A stretch of 64,000 nucleotides of DNA, taken from NCBI GenBank assembly GCA_016125385.1, contig WGLV01000039.1, forward strand, positions 7,343 through 71,342, written 5' to 3'. This document shows, in pieces, positions 11,566 through 19,621 of the stretch. Numbering within the stretch: position 1 is the stretch's first letter; each line of letters starts with the position of its first letter. The position numbers and the translations under genes are program-made. The notes below the pieces were generated by a model, which saw only the letters and a list, made by a program, of their open reading frames with translations, made no database searches and was not told the DNA's origin. Source of the DNA: a bacterium (GTDB taxonomy: Bacteria > Hinthialibacterota > Hinthialibacteria > Hinthialibacterales > Hinthialibacteraceae).

Positions 11566-11763
11566 TTACATCTCCATCAATTTTTTATATTCATTGGCTG
11601 CCTGGATGAGCGTCTGATTTGGAGATGATTTTGATAACAAAGCCCGAACCAGTTTTTCCTGGCCGCTTTTGGATAATTGAATCAGTGATTGGCGTTGTAC
11701 TGATCGCTGGGCGGATTTCAGAACGTGGCGAATCACAAATTCTGACATTGATTCACCATTCAA
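11566..11763 (-). CDS. DUF1778/TacA-like ribbon-helix-helix antitoxin homolog with an atypical or decayed start.
   Basis: The ORF plus its in-frame upstream extension reads ...EIRTPINSAQYRTKKVIQQAAQ(L)NGESMSEFVIRHVLKSAQRSVQRQSLIQLSKSGQEKLVRALLSKSSPNQTLIQAANEYKKL. This aligns over its full length with TacA/DUF1778 antitoxins (RLSLRVSTDAKKLIVRAAAIQQTNLTDFVV...PNEKLLAA). The conserved N-terminal beta-strand region lies upstream of the first canonical start (the TTG at 11763). No ATG/GTG/TTG precedes it back to the in-frame stop at ~11866. Confidence 0.45.
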   Translation of the reverse strand: MNGESMSEFVIRHVLKSAQRSVQRQSLIQLSKSGQEKLVRALLSKSSPNQTLIQAANEYKKLMEM

Positions 11764-11836
11764 TTGCGCCGCTTGTTGAATAACCTTTTTTGTTCTGTAC
11801 TGAGCCGAATTGATAGGCGTTCTGATTTCATCATAT

Positions 11837-13711
11837 TTACTCCCTTTTTTCGCGATCGCAGGGGATCACCAGCGTGATGCGGGCTCCGCCTTCGGGCCGG
11901 TTGGCTGCTTCGATGCGGCCGCCATGAAATTCCTCAACGATCGATCTCACCCACGCCAGCCCCAGTCCACCGCCGCTGGAACCCTCTTTGGTGGTATAAC
12001 CCGACTGGAAGATGCGGTTGATGGCTTCCTGCGGTAGCAGCTCGCCGCCAGCGTCGCGGATGCCGGGGCCGTTATCCAGCACGGAGAGGGAAACCATGCC
12101 GTCCGAACCGGCGTCGACGCGCATCTCGATCGCTCCGGCGCCGCCCCCCCGCTGAATCGCCTGCGACGAATTGGCCAGCAGGTTAAACAGCGCCATGCGC
12201 AACAATCGGGGTTCGACCTCGGCGGGCGCGGCTTGCGGCGCGTTGACGTTCAATTCGAACTCGCGCGAGGTCGAAAGGCGAAACAGATGCGCGAGATCGT
12301 TGGTCAGCGCGGCGAGATCGGTCTCTTCATAACGCGGCCGCCGCGCATAACCGAACGAGCGGTAAATGTTGACCATCTCCTGAAGAAAGTAGAGGTTGTT
12401 GCGCAGCCCTTCGACGGCCTCTTCGAAAAAGCGTCCGCGTTCGCCGTCGAGCTGGATGATGTTAAGCGCCTGGGCGCGCTGAATGGTGTCGAGATCCCAC
12501 TTGCCGGTGGCGATGATGTTGGTCAGGTCATGCCCCATGTTGGTGGCGAGGTTGATGCCGAACCGGTTGCGCTCTTCGGTCAGCGCCTGGCTGCGGGTGA
12601 AGGCGCGCGACAGGCCGGTCTCGCACTGTTTCTGAATCTCATCGGCCATCTGACGCCATTCCGTTTCGGGAAACGCGAGCGGTTGGCTCGAACGGCAGCG
12701 CAGACATCCCGCGATCTTGCCGCCCGCTCGCAGCGAGATCACCGCATGTCCGCGGTCCACCCACTCGATCGAGCCGTCCGCCGCAGGCGCCGGAGGCGCA
12801 TCCAACGCATCTCCGTGTTGGGCGATTCGCTGTAACGCGCTGGAACTCGAAGTCCACTCAAACGCCTCCACCCGATCGAAGGGGTAAATCGACGCCACCG
12901 ACGCCGGCGCCATGCGTAAAAAACGTTCCAATACCACCATGTCGTCAGGCAGGTCGTGCAACTGACCCGCCAGGCGTTCGACTTCCAGCCCGAAATACAC
13001 TTCTCGTTGAATACGCGCCAGCCGGTTGAATGCCTGTTCGATATCGTGCTGTGGAGCGTCAATCAGGCTGACGGCGCCGGGCTCGACCATTCGTTCGATG
13101 GCGCCGCCCACTCGTTGCAGGGGAAACATGACGTTACGGTACAGCCACAGATAGACCAGCGCGGTCGAGATCATGAACAACGCCGCGTAGACCCAATAGC
13201 GAAAGACCATGCTTTCGATCGAGGGCCAGCCCTTCGGCGTCGCGTAATAAAGCGTCGCTTTGCGGTTAATCGACGACATCGGCGCTTCAAACGAGCGGGA
13301 AAACAGGCAATTGGATGCGTCGTTGTATTCGCGTTTTTTACCGGGATTGTTGTATTCGGCGACGACGTGCTGGTTCGAGTCTTCCAGTACGATGCGAAAC
13401 CACGGATGATCGCCCGCCAGAATCTCTTCGGCGTGTTTGTCGAGGTATTCTTTGGCCTTCTGGAGATATTCGGTTTCGTTAGGGGTGGAGTTCAGCAGTT
13501 TGTCGAGCTGGTTCTGCAAGGGAGCGATTTTATCGACCAGTTCGAGAAAGGGCGCTTTGGAGTCGATGATCAGCGCGCGCTTTTTGTTGGCGAACAGCGT
13601 GTCGAGCATGGCGAGAAACAATAGGTTGATCAGCGCCAGCGCGATCAGGGGAACCACGCGCAGATAAAAGACGCGCGATGACTTTCGTCCTTCGCCATGA
13701 GGCTGTTGCAT
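11837..13711 (-). CDS. Membrane sensor histidine kinase: two TM helices flanking a periplasmic sensor domain, a cytoplasmic GAF/PAS-like region, then HisKA and HATPase_c.
   Basis: The H-box is INLATNMGHDLTNII. The N-box is LFNLLANSSQA. The G1 and G2 boxes are VLDNGPGI and GGGLGLAWV. TM helices are near the N-terminus and ~residue 180. The ATG at 13711 has a GGGAG RBS; the track start at 13735 is a GTG. No receiver domain or response regulator is adjacent. Confidence 0.85.
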   Translation of the reverse strand: MQQPHGEGRKSSRVFYLRVVPLIALALINLLFLAMLDTLFANKKRALIIDSKAPFLELVDKIAPLQNQLDKLLNSTPNETEYLQKAKEYLDKHAEEILAGDHPWFRIVLEDSNQHVVAEYNNPGKKREYNDASNCLFSRSFEAPMSSINRKATLYYATPKGWPSIESMVFRYWVYAALFMISTALVYLWLYRNVMFPLQRVGGAIERMVEPGAVSLIDAPQHDIEQAFNRLARIQREVYFGLEVERLAGQLHDLPDDMVVLERFLRMAPASVASIYPFDRVEAFEWTSSSSALQRIAQHGDALDAPPAPAADGSIEWVDRGHAVISLRAGGKIAGCLRCRSSQPLAFPETEWRQMADEIQKQCETGLSRAFTRSQALTEERNRFGINLATNMGHDLTNIIATGKWDLDTIQRAQALNIIQLDGERGRFFEEAVEGLRNNLYFLQEMVNIYRSFGYARRPRYEETDLAALTNDLAHLFRLSTSREFELNVNAPQAAPAEVEPRLLRMALFNLLANSSQAIQRGGGAGAIEMRVDAGSDGMVSLSVLDNGPGIRDAGGELLPQEAINRIFQSGYTTKEGSSGGGLGLAWVRSIVEEFHGGRIEAANRPEGGARITLVIPCDREKRE

Positions 13712-13738
13712 GCTGCCGCTCCCAACCGCCTCCACCGC

Positions 13739-14857
13739 TCAGGCGGCTTCTTCGGCGGAACTCGCCTCGGGCTCTTCGATGACCAGTTCTTCGTCTTCGC
13801 CCGTGGTTTTTGGAAAGACGGAGTGCAGGCGCATGCAGGTGTGAAAGAACATGGCGCCGCCTCCGATCAGGTACAGATGATAGGTGAAAAACCGCCACAT
13901 CAGGATGACCACCGCCACCAGGTGAGGCGGGATCAGTTTGCTCAACACGATGGATGATAACACTTCAATTCCGCCGCCGCCGCCCGGCAAGACGATGAAC
14001 AGCGACAGCATGAATAACGTCCCCTGCAGCAGGAAGAGAAATAAAGGATGATGGGAAACCGACATCGAAATCAATATCATCGGCAATACGCCGTACCGGC
14101 AACACCATTGGACGCTGGCGAAGATGAAATCGAGCAGCACGGCTCCTTTGCTGACCAGATAGATCTGAGCCACTCCCTGCTTCATCTTGATCAGTTCACG
14201 GATCAGGCGCCATTCGATCCAGCGCAGCCTGGCCGGCATGCGCCGAACGCGCATCCACTCGATTTTCGCCATCCAGCGGATCAGGCGGATCATGCGGCCT
14301 GAGCGTACCAGCCAGATCAGGATCCCCGCACCCGCCGCGATAAACGCCAGTGCGATGCCAAAGCGGGTGGCGTCGAAGGTAAAGGCGTCGTGCATCACCG
14401 GCGACTTCATCAGTGAATACAGCGTCAATGGAAGCAGCAAACTGAAAAACACCACATCCACCGCCACGTCGATCGCCATCATTGAGACGCCGTGCGCGAC
14501 GGGCACGCCCGCCTTTTTCAACAGCGACAGGCGGATCACCGCGCCGCCAACGCCCGCGGGCGTCGCCGCGATGCCGAACTCGGTTGAAAGTGAAACCGAC
14601 AGGCTCTGAAAATACGTCAGCGGATACCCCAGCGCGCGCGATAAAACGTAGATGCGCCCGCCGTTGCACAACCAGGCTGTGAACACCATCGGAAACAACA
14701 GCGCGACGTATTCCCAACGCAAGCGGCTCAGGTCGTCGAATGTGTCGCTTTTTTGTGTGAAAAAAAAGACGAGCGTGGTGGCCAGAACGCCCAGGGTGAC
14801 GCCCTGAAGCGCGTAGCGAAAAAGTTTTTTACCGGTTAACTCGGCTTTGTTTGTCAT
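13739..14857 (-). CDS. Flippase-like integral membrane protein (UPF0104 / lysyl-phosphatidylglycerol-synthase transmembrane-domain family).
   Basis: It has ~8 TM helices, a GGGGGIEV glycine-rich motif and an acidic C-terminal tail. The family commonly partners with glycosyltransferases in glycolipid pathways. Its ATG overlaps the stop of the upstream DUF2334 gene (ATGA overlap). Confidence 0.75.
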   Translation of the reverse strand: MTNKAELTGKKLFRYALQGVTLGVLATTLVFFFTQKSDTFDDLSRLRWEYVALLFPMVFTAWLCNGGRIYVLSRALGYPLTYFQSLSVSLSTEFGIAATPAGVGGAVIRLSLLKKAGVPVAHGVSMMAIDVAVDVVFFSLLLPLTLYSLMKSPVMHDAFTFDATRFGIALAFIAAGAGILIWLVRSGRMIRLIRWMAKIEWMRVRRMPARLRWIEWRLIRELIKMKQGVAQIYLVSKGAVLLDFIFASVQWCCRYGVLPMILISMSVSHHPLFLFLLQGTLFMLSLFIVLPGGGGGIEVLSSIVLSKLIPPHLVAVVILMWRFFTYHLYLIGGGAMFFHTCMRLHSVFPKTTGEDEELVIEEPEASSAEEAA

Positions 14858-15651
14858 GATTGAGTGTGAGAGGGGGCCTCGGTGGCCGTGCCGCGGGCGC
14901 TCGCGCCGAACCGGTCGGCCAGTTCGCTGTACGTGATGGGGTCGCGGGTTTCAACCAGACGCTTCACCATCTCCGCCAGCATGCGGCGGACCGATGGATA
15001 TTGTAGATCGGCTGGATGCACCGCCAAGCGCTGAACCCGATTCTCACGATTCCACGCGCTCCACCCACGTATCCAAACGGTTGAGAGCGTGCGCCGCAAC
15101 GTGGTGTGGCAACTGAGAGTGACCGCCGGGGCCGATTCGTCATGGTCAGGCCGTAAAAACGTGATCCCGTCCCAGCGGGTGAAATAATCGAAGCCGCTAT
15201 CGATCACCGCGCGGCGCGCCTCGCGGCTCAGCAGCCACGCGGGCGGCACAAAGCCCCGGTAGGGCAGGCCGAGCCGATCGAACAGATCCTTCCCGGCGTC
15301 CAGTTTTTCACGGGCCTGGGCATAGCCGAGCTGATAAAACTCGCCCTCGCGCCGGGTATAAACGTTGCCCATCAGTTGTTGGATGGGGCCGCCGAAGACC
15401 CGATCGACGATATGGATATACCCATGCAATACGATCTCGTGCCCCTGCGCGGTGCATTCATGCAGCCAGGTAACGAATCGGGGGTGTTCGTCGATGGTGG
15501 TTCCATCATGCCATTTGGGCACGGCGAGCAGCGACAGCCGGGGTGCGCCCGCTTCGCGCATATCGGCGATGAACGCGCGGCAGGCCTCCCATGAATGCGG
15601 CGCCAGATCGTGAAATGAAACCACCAGACAGGGGCGTCCAGACGCGTTCAT
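14854..15651 (-). CDS. DUF2334-family polysaccharide/aminosugar deacetylase-like protein.
   Basis: An N-terminal LVVSFHDLAPHS motif and H...HGY(I)H, characteristic of DUF2334 (a divergent deacetylase of the CE4/glycoside hydrolase-deacetylase superfamily). It is translationally coupled at both ends (ATGA overlaps). Confidence 0.75.
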   Translation of the reverse strand: MNASGRPCLVVSFHDLAPHSWEACRAFIADMREAGAPRLSLLAVPKWHDGTTIDEHPRFVTWLHECTAQGHEIVLHGYIHIVDRVFGGPIQQLMGNVYTRREGEFYQLGYAQAREKLDAGKDLFDRLGLPYRGFVPPAWLLSREARRAVIDSGFDYFTRWDGITFLRPDHDESAPAVTLSCHTTLRRTLSTVWIRGWSAWNRENRVQRLAVHPADLQYPSVRRMLAEMVKRLVETRDPITYSELADRFGASARGTATEAPSHTQS

Positions 15652-16295
15652 TCGATCTCCCGCACCACGGTCGAAACATATACGGTTTCATTGTGGAAGG
15701 GCTCGAATTTGGTGATTTTGCGGCGGTCGTAGGTTTGAAATCCGTACTTGTTGAAGACGCGCTCGGTGCGGCGGTCGTCGGTGGTTTGCATCTGTCCGTA
15801 TACCCGTTTGACGCCTTTTTGTTTGAGTACTTTAACGTACGCCGCCAGCAGGCGGGCGCCGACGCCGCCCGCGCGGTAGTCGGGCAGCAGGTTGAAATGC
15901 ATGTGGGCGCAACGCTTCGGCGCCGAGGGCGTCTCCCGGCCGGCGTTGAAGAGGCACCATGCGAGAAACTTGCGGCTGTTGGCGTCGTAACGGCCCGTGA
16001 GCAACCGCCACAAGCCTCTGGGGATGACCGACGCCGCCATGATCCATGTCTGAACCCATTGATGGCGCCGCCAGTAGGCGCACCCCAACAGATATCCGAT
16101 CACGCGGCCCTCGTCTTCCGCCACGAAGATGTGTTCGGGCTCCCAATCGGTGTAATACCGGGTGAGATAATCGGCGAACAATTCGCGATCTGAAAACAGC
16201 GGATCGACGGGTGAACCTGAAAACCCCGTTTCGCAGCAGATATGACGAATTGATTCGCGATCCTCAGACTTGTAGGGTCTGATTACGACTTTCAT
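15648..16295 (-). CDS. GNAT-family N-acyltransferase.
   Basis: MKVVIRPYKSEDRESIRHI... is a typical GNAT N-terminus. The acetyl-CoA-binding motif A region is RAGGVGARLLAAYV. The track start (a GTG at 16340) would overlap the GT4 gene by 77 nt. The internal ATG at ~16295 gives a 32-nt overlap. Confidence 0.75.
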   Translation of the reverse strand: MKVVIRPYKSEDRESIRHICCETGFSGSPVDPLFSDRELFADYLTRYYTDWEPEHIFVAEDEGRVIGYLLGCAYWRRHQWVQTWIMAASVIPRGLWRLLTGRYDANSRKFLAWCLFNAGRETPSAPKRCAHMHFNLLPDYRAGGVGARLLAAYVKVLKQKGVKRVYGQMQTTDDRRTERVFNKYGFQTYDRRKITKFEPFHNETVYVSTVVREIE

Positions 16296-17514
16296 CTCGG
16301 CTTTCTGAAGCGCCTTCATTGCGCTGGAATGAAAATTCACTGGCTGAGCGGCCCGCCAGCAGGTGGCGATAGAGCCGCGCCAGCCGTTCCATGGTCAGTT
16401 CGATCGAAAAGTTTTCCACGATGCGCAGCCGCCGCTCTTCCGGCGTCTGGCCGCGTTTGATCGCGCGGATGCGGCGTACGGCGCCGGCGAGGTCGCCGGG
16501 CTCGTCCGTCTCCGAAACGATCGGCGGTTCTTCGCCCTGTACGGTTTCTTCCATGCCCCCGCCTTTGACCAGCGCCACTCGGGTGCCGCAGGCCTGCGCT
16601 TCCAGTGAGGTCAGGCCGAAGGTCTCCCACTTGCCGGCGTGGACGAACAGATCGGCGGCTGAGTAATACGCGGTGAGCTGATCGGCGTCGTTACAATAGC
16701 GGAACCAGGTCAGGTCGTCGCGGACCTCCAACTGGCGTTCAACCAGTTTTCTCAATTCGCCGTCGCCCACCAGAAGCAGGTGGCATCGTCCCGGTCCGCC
16801 CGGATCGCGTTTCAGTTCTTCCAGCATGCGCAGCAGGTTGCGGATGCTTTTTTCGCGCGCCAGCCTGCCAACGAACAGCAGCAGCATATCATCGTCTTCC
16901 AGACCGATCGCCTGGCGGATGCGCTCTCCATTCGGGTTGGGTCTGAATACGGTGATGTCGGTGCCGAGGGGGATGTTCACGGTATTATTGAGGCCGCATT
17001 CGATCAGAATGGTCCGCAGGCGCTGGCTCGCCACTACGGTGGCGCTCATCTGGTTGTAGAGCCCGGTGATGTAGCGGTTGATCGGAGCGGAGAGCAGCGT
17101 CTCAATCGATTCGCCGCAAAAACGGCGGATGGTGCGGCCCAGCGCGCGGGGAAAGTCGGAATGATAAAACGCCACCACCGGCGCGTTCAGGCGGCGGCCC
17201 GCTTCCAGCGCGATCCACGCCGAGCGGTAGGGGTCGCCCACTTCGATCAGGTCGGGGCGCTCTTCATCCATGATTTCAAGGATGCGGTTTCGATTGAGCA
17301 GCATGCGGTAACTGATCGAGCCCACCAGCCGCAATGATTTGACGTGATATACTTTTGATTTGAAGCGGTATTCGATGGCGTTCTGGTCGGATGGAATGAT
17401 GATGACGTGTTCGATATCGGGTTGTTCGGCGAAATAGCGCGACTTGTCATGCACGTACCGCCGTACGCCTCCGCCTAACGGGCTGTAAAACTGAACGACG
17501 TCACAAATCTTCAT
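16264..17514 (-). CDS. GT4-family retaining glycosyltransferase (MshA/BshA-like fold).
   Basis: The N-terminal domain starts ...VQFYSPLGGGVRRYV. The C-terminal domain carries the EX7E-like GT4 region (FVHAGKWETFGLTSLEAQACGTRV). An AGAGGA RBS precedes the ATG at 17514. Confidence 0.85.
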   Translation of the reverse strand: MKICDVVQFYSPLGGGVRRYVHDKSRYFAEQPDIEHVIIIPSDQNAIEYRFKSKVYHVKSLRLVGSISYRMLLNRNRILEIMDEERPDLIEVGDPYRSAWIALEAGRRLNAPVVAFYHSDFPRALGRTIRRFCGESIETLLSAPINRYITGLYNQMSATVVASQRLRTILIECGLNNTVNIPLGTDITVFRPNPNGERIRQAIGLEDDDMLLLFVGRLAREKSIRNLLRMLEELKRDPGGPGRCHLLLVGDGELRKLVERQLEVRDDLTWFRYCNDADQLTAYYSAADLFVHAGKWETFGLTSLEAQACGTRVALVKGGGMEETVQGEEPPIVSETDEPGDLAGAVRRIRAIKRGQTPEERRLRIVENFSIELTMERLARLYRHLLAGRSASEFSFQRNEGASESRDESRNQTLQV

Positions 17515-17654
17515 TCGTCCTCTTTCCCGGCAGCCCGGCGCTGGCCTGACCCGCCTCCGGGCTCCGCCGCGATCAAGGCCGCGACGAAAATACCCATACT
17601 GTACAATTATTGAGAATACGTTAAAATTACCGGATTATTTTAGTACAAAATTCA

Positions 17655-17725
17655 AAAAAATCCTGATGATTTTCCGATAATGGTATACTGAGTTCATCAA
17701 TTCTGAAAAGGTATACATGGAAAGG
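17655..17725 (+). promoter_or_regulatory. Extended -10 promoter (TGgTATACT) for the TPR gene, with two GGTATAC boxes 28 bp apart (a candidate GntR-type operator).
   Basis: aatGGTATACtga at ~17681-17690 and aaaGGTATACatg at ~17709-17718. GTATAC is a perfect palindrome of the GT-N-AC type recognised by GntR/HutC regulators. A GntR gene lies convergently downstream. Confidence 0.3.
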
Positions 17726-17730
17726 CCGGT

Positions 17731-18624
17731 ATGAAAACGATTTTCTTCCGTCAACTGATTTTGCCTCTGATCGCCGTCACGATCGTATCCCTCGCGGGAA
17801 CCCCCGCATTCAGCAAAGACGCCGCCGCGGCCACGATGCCCATCGACGCCGCGTTTGAAAAAGCCAAAGACCTGTTTCTGAACGAAAAATTCAAGGAAGC
17901 CGAAGAGACCTTCAGGCGTTGTCTTGAGGCTCAGCCGAAAAACGCGGAGATCATGAGCTGGCTCGCCCAGTCGATCGCCTTTGTGCTGGGCGAACAGGCC
18001 AAGCAGGGCGCTTCACGCCTTTCACTTCTGCCCCTCGGGCAGGACGTCCGCTCGCTCTACTCACGCGCTATGGAGATCGACCCCAACAGCGAGCGCGCCC
18101 GAATCGGGTATGCCTTGATATTGCGCGACCTGCCGGGAATTCTGGGCGGAGACGTGGACAAAGCCGAGGCGATCCTGACTAAAGTGCTTGAACAGGACCC
18201 CGAAAACATCCTCGCCTGTCATCATCTCGGCAATCTGTATATCCGCAAAAAAGACGAAGTGCAGAAGGGGCTTCACTTTTTGAAGCGGGCGCTTGAAGTG
18301 GCCGAAAACAAGGAACTCACCCGGGAAGACAAATTTTATCTGGGTGGAACCTGGCACGCGATCGGAAAAACCTACCTCGAAAATCTTGAAGAACCCGAGA
18401 CGGCTCTGCCGTATCTGAAAAAATCGGTCGAAATGGACCCCAACGACGCCAACCCGTTTCTTGACTTGGCTGAAGCTTACCGGCAGACCGGTCAGGAAGA
18501 TCTGGCGCGCCAGACGCTGCGCGATTGCATCAAGTTCTGCAAAGACCGCAAGTACAAATTTTTCTACAGCGACGTCAAAAAACTGGCGCGCAAACTCGGC
18601 ATCGAAGACGAAGCGAAATTCTGA
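17731..18624 (+). CDS. Secreted TPR-repeat protein.
   Basis: It has a signal peptide (MKTIFFRQLILPLIAVTIVSLAGTPAFS) and multiple 34-residue TPR-like repeats (AEETFRRCLEAQPKNAEIMSWLAQS; AEAILTKVLEQDPENILACHHLGNLY; ALPYLKKSVEMDPNDANPFLDLAEAY). Confidence 0.8.
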   Translation: MKTIFFRQLILPLIAVTIVSLAGTPAFSKDAAAATMPIDAAFEKAKDLFLNEKFKEAEETFRRCLEAQPKNAEIMSWLAQSIAFVLGEQAKQGASRLSLLPLGQDVRSLYSRAMEIDPNSERARIGYALILRDLPGILGGDVDKAEAILTKVLEQDPENILACHHLGNLYIRKKDEVQKGLHFLKRALEVAENKELTREDKFYLGGTWHAIGKTYLENLEEPETALPYLKKSVEMDPNDANPFLDLAEAYRQTGQEDLARQTLRDCIKFCKDRKYKFFYSDVKKLARKLGIEDEAKF

Positions 18625-18634
18625 AAAAGTGAAA

Positions 18635-19375
18635 TTAATGAACGCCGCGCATGGTTTCCATCGTGATGCGATGGTCGCGCGAGGCGTTGATGATCCGCAT
18701 GAAGCACACCACCCGGTTGTTCGACGTATAAAAAATCCGGTCCATCAATAACGCCGATTCGTCTCGCGGGCGCTGCAATAACTCCGCCTCGCGGTCGTCC
18801 AGAGTCGTGACTTCAAACGAATCCGCCGTGCGGATGATGGGGACTCCATTCTTCTTGGTGATGATGTCGAGGATTGAGTTGCCCCGCAGGTCTTCGAGGG
18901 GTACGCCGGGGCATAGGTCGTGCGACACGTAGGCGGTCTCCAGCGTCACAGGCGTTCCTTCAATAAAACGCCGCCGCAACACTTTAAACACCTGGTGTCC
19001 GGTTTCGTGATTGAACAGCTCCGTCAGATCCGACGGAGAGATGGTGAGCATCTTCTGGACGACTTCGGTCTCCCAGGGGACGCCGAAATCGAGGATGCTT
19101 TCGGTGATATGGGTCGAGAGCCACACACCCGCGTTGGACGGAGGTTTTTCGACGAAGGTTCCCTTGCCGGGAATCTTGCGGATATACCCCTTCCGCGCCA
19201 GGTCTTGCATGGCGGAGCGAACGACGGCTTTGCTGACGGCCTGTTGAGTACAGAGCTGATCTTCCGTGGGCAGTTGCGCGCCTACCGCAAGTTCCCCGCT
19301 TTCAATTGCCTGCAATAAAATGTCAACCAGCTGTAAGTAAAGCTTGCGTGGATTATCACGGTCAACTTGTTTCAT
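18635..19375 (-). CDS. GntR-family transcriptional regulator, HutC/UTRA subfamily.
   Basis: An N-terminal winged HTH (PRKLYLQLVDILLQAIESGELAVGAQLPTEDQLCTQQAVSKAVVRSAMQDLARKGYIRKIPGKGTFV) is followed by a UTRA effector-binding domain. Confidence 0.85.
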   Translation of the reverse strand: MKQVDRDNPRKLYLQLVDILLQAIESGELAVGAQLPTEDQLCTQQAVSKAVVRSAMQDLARKGYIRKIPGKGTFVEKPPSNAGVWLSTHITESILDFGVPWETEVVQKMLTISPSDLTELFNHETGHQVFKVLRRRFIEGTPVTLETAYVSHDLCPGVPLEDLRGNSILDIITKKNGVPIIRTADSFEVTTLDDREAELLQRPRDESALLMDRIFYTSNNRVVCFMRIINASRDHRITMETMRGVH

Positions 19376-19621
19376 AATATTATGATCGATGCGCCTTCAT
19401 GTCCCTGTAAAGGGACGCCGTCATACCTTGGACTATTTTGTACGATTACTTTTGCGATCGAAAGGCGGCTGATGCTATCCCGATCGTTTTTTCTTTAGTA
19501 TGATGCTCATTGGGCGTGAGGGAAATTCGCCTTTAGACATCGGGTTTCACCTCCGCCCGGCGCTTGATTAAAAACGCATACGCAACGAAATCATACAGAA
19601 GGATGTGGGAGGATTCACGAA

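Noticed and set aside
15648-16340. The GNAT gene as the missing TacT-type toxin partner for the DUF1778-like antitoxin at 11566-11870.
   Set aside because: It is ~4 kb and four genes upstream. It is larger (~215 aa) than TacT/AtaT toxins. Its N-terminus is a generic GNAT. It is better explained as the N-acyltransferase of the GT4/deacetylase cassette.
19376-19621. A possible riboswitch/attenuator upstream of the Tat TIM-barrel gene (a GTCCCTgtaaAGGGAC hairpin; a CGATCG...CGATCG + T-run).
   Set aside because: The structures are short and match no riboswitch class I can recognise. They are more simply read as divergent promoter elements and a possible small terminator for the GntR gene region. 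They are kept only as context for the GntR-linked module.
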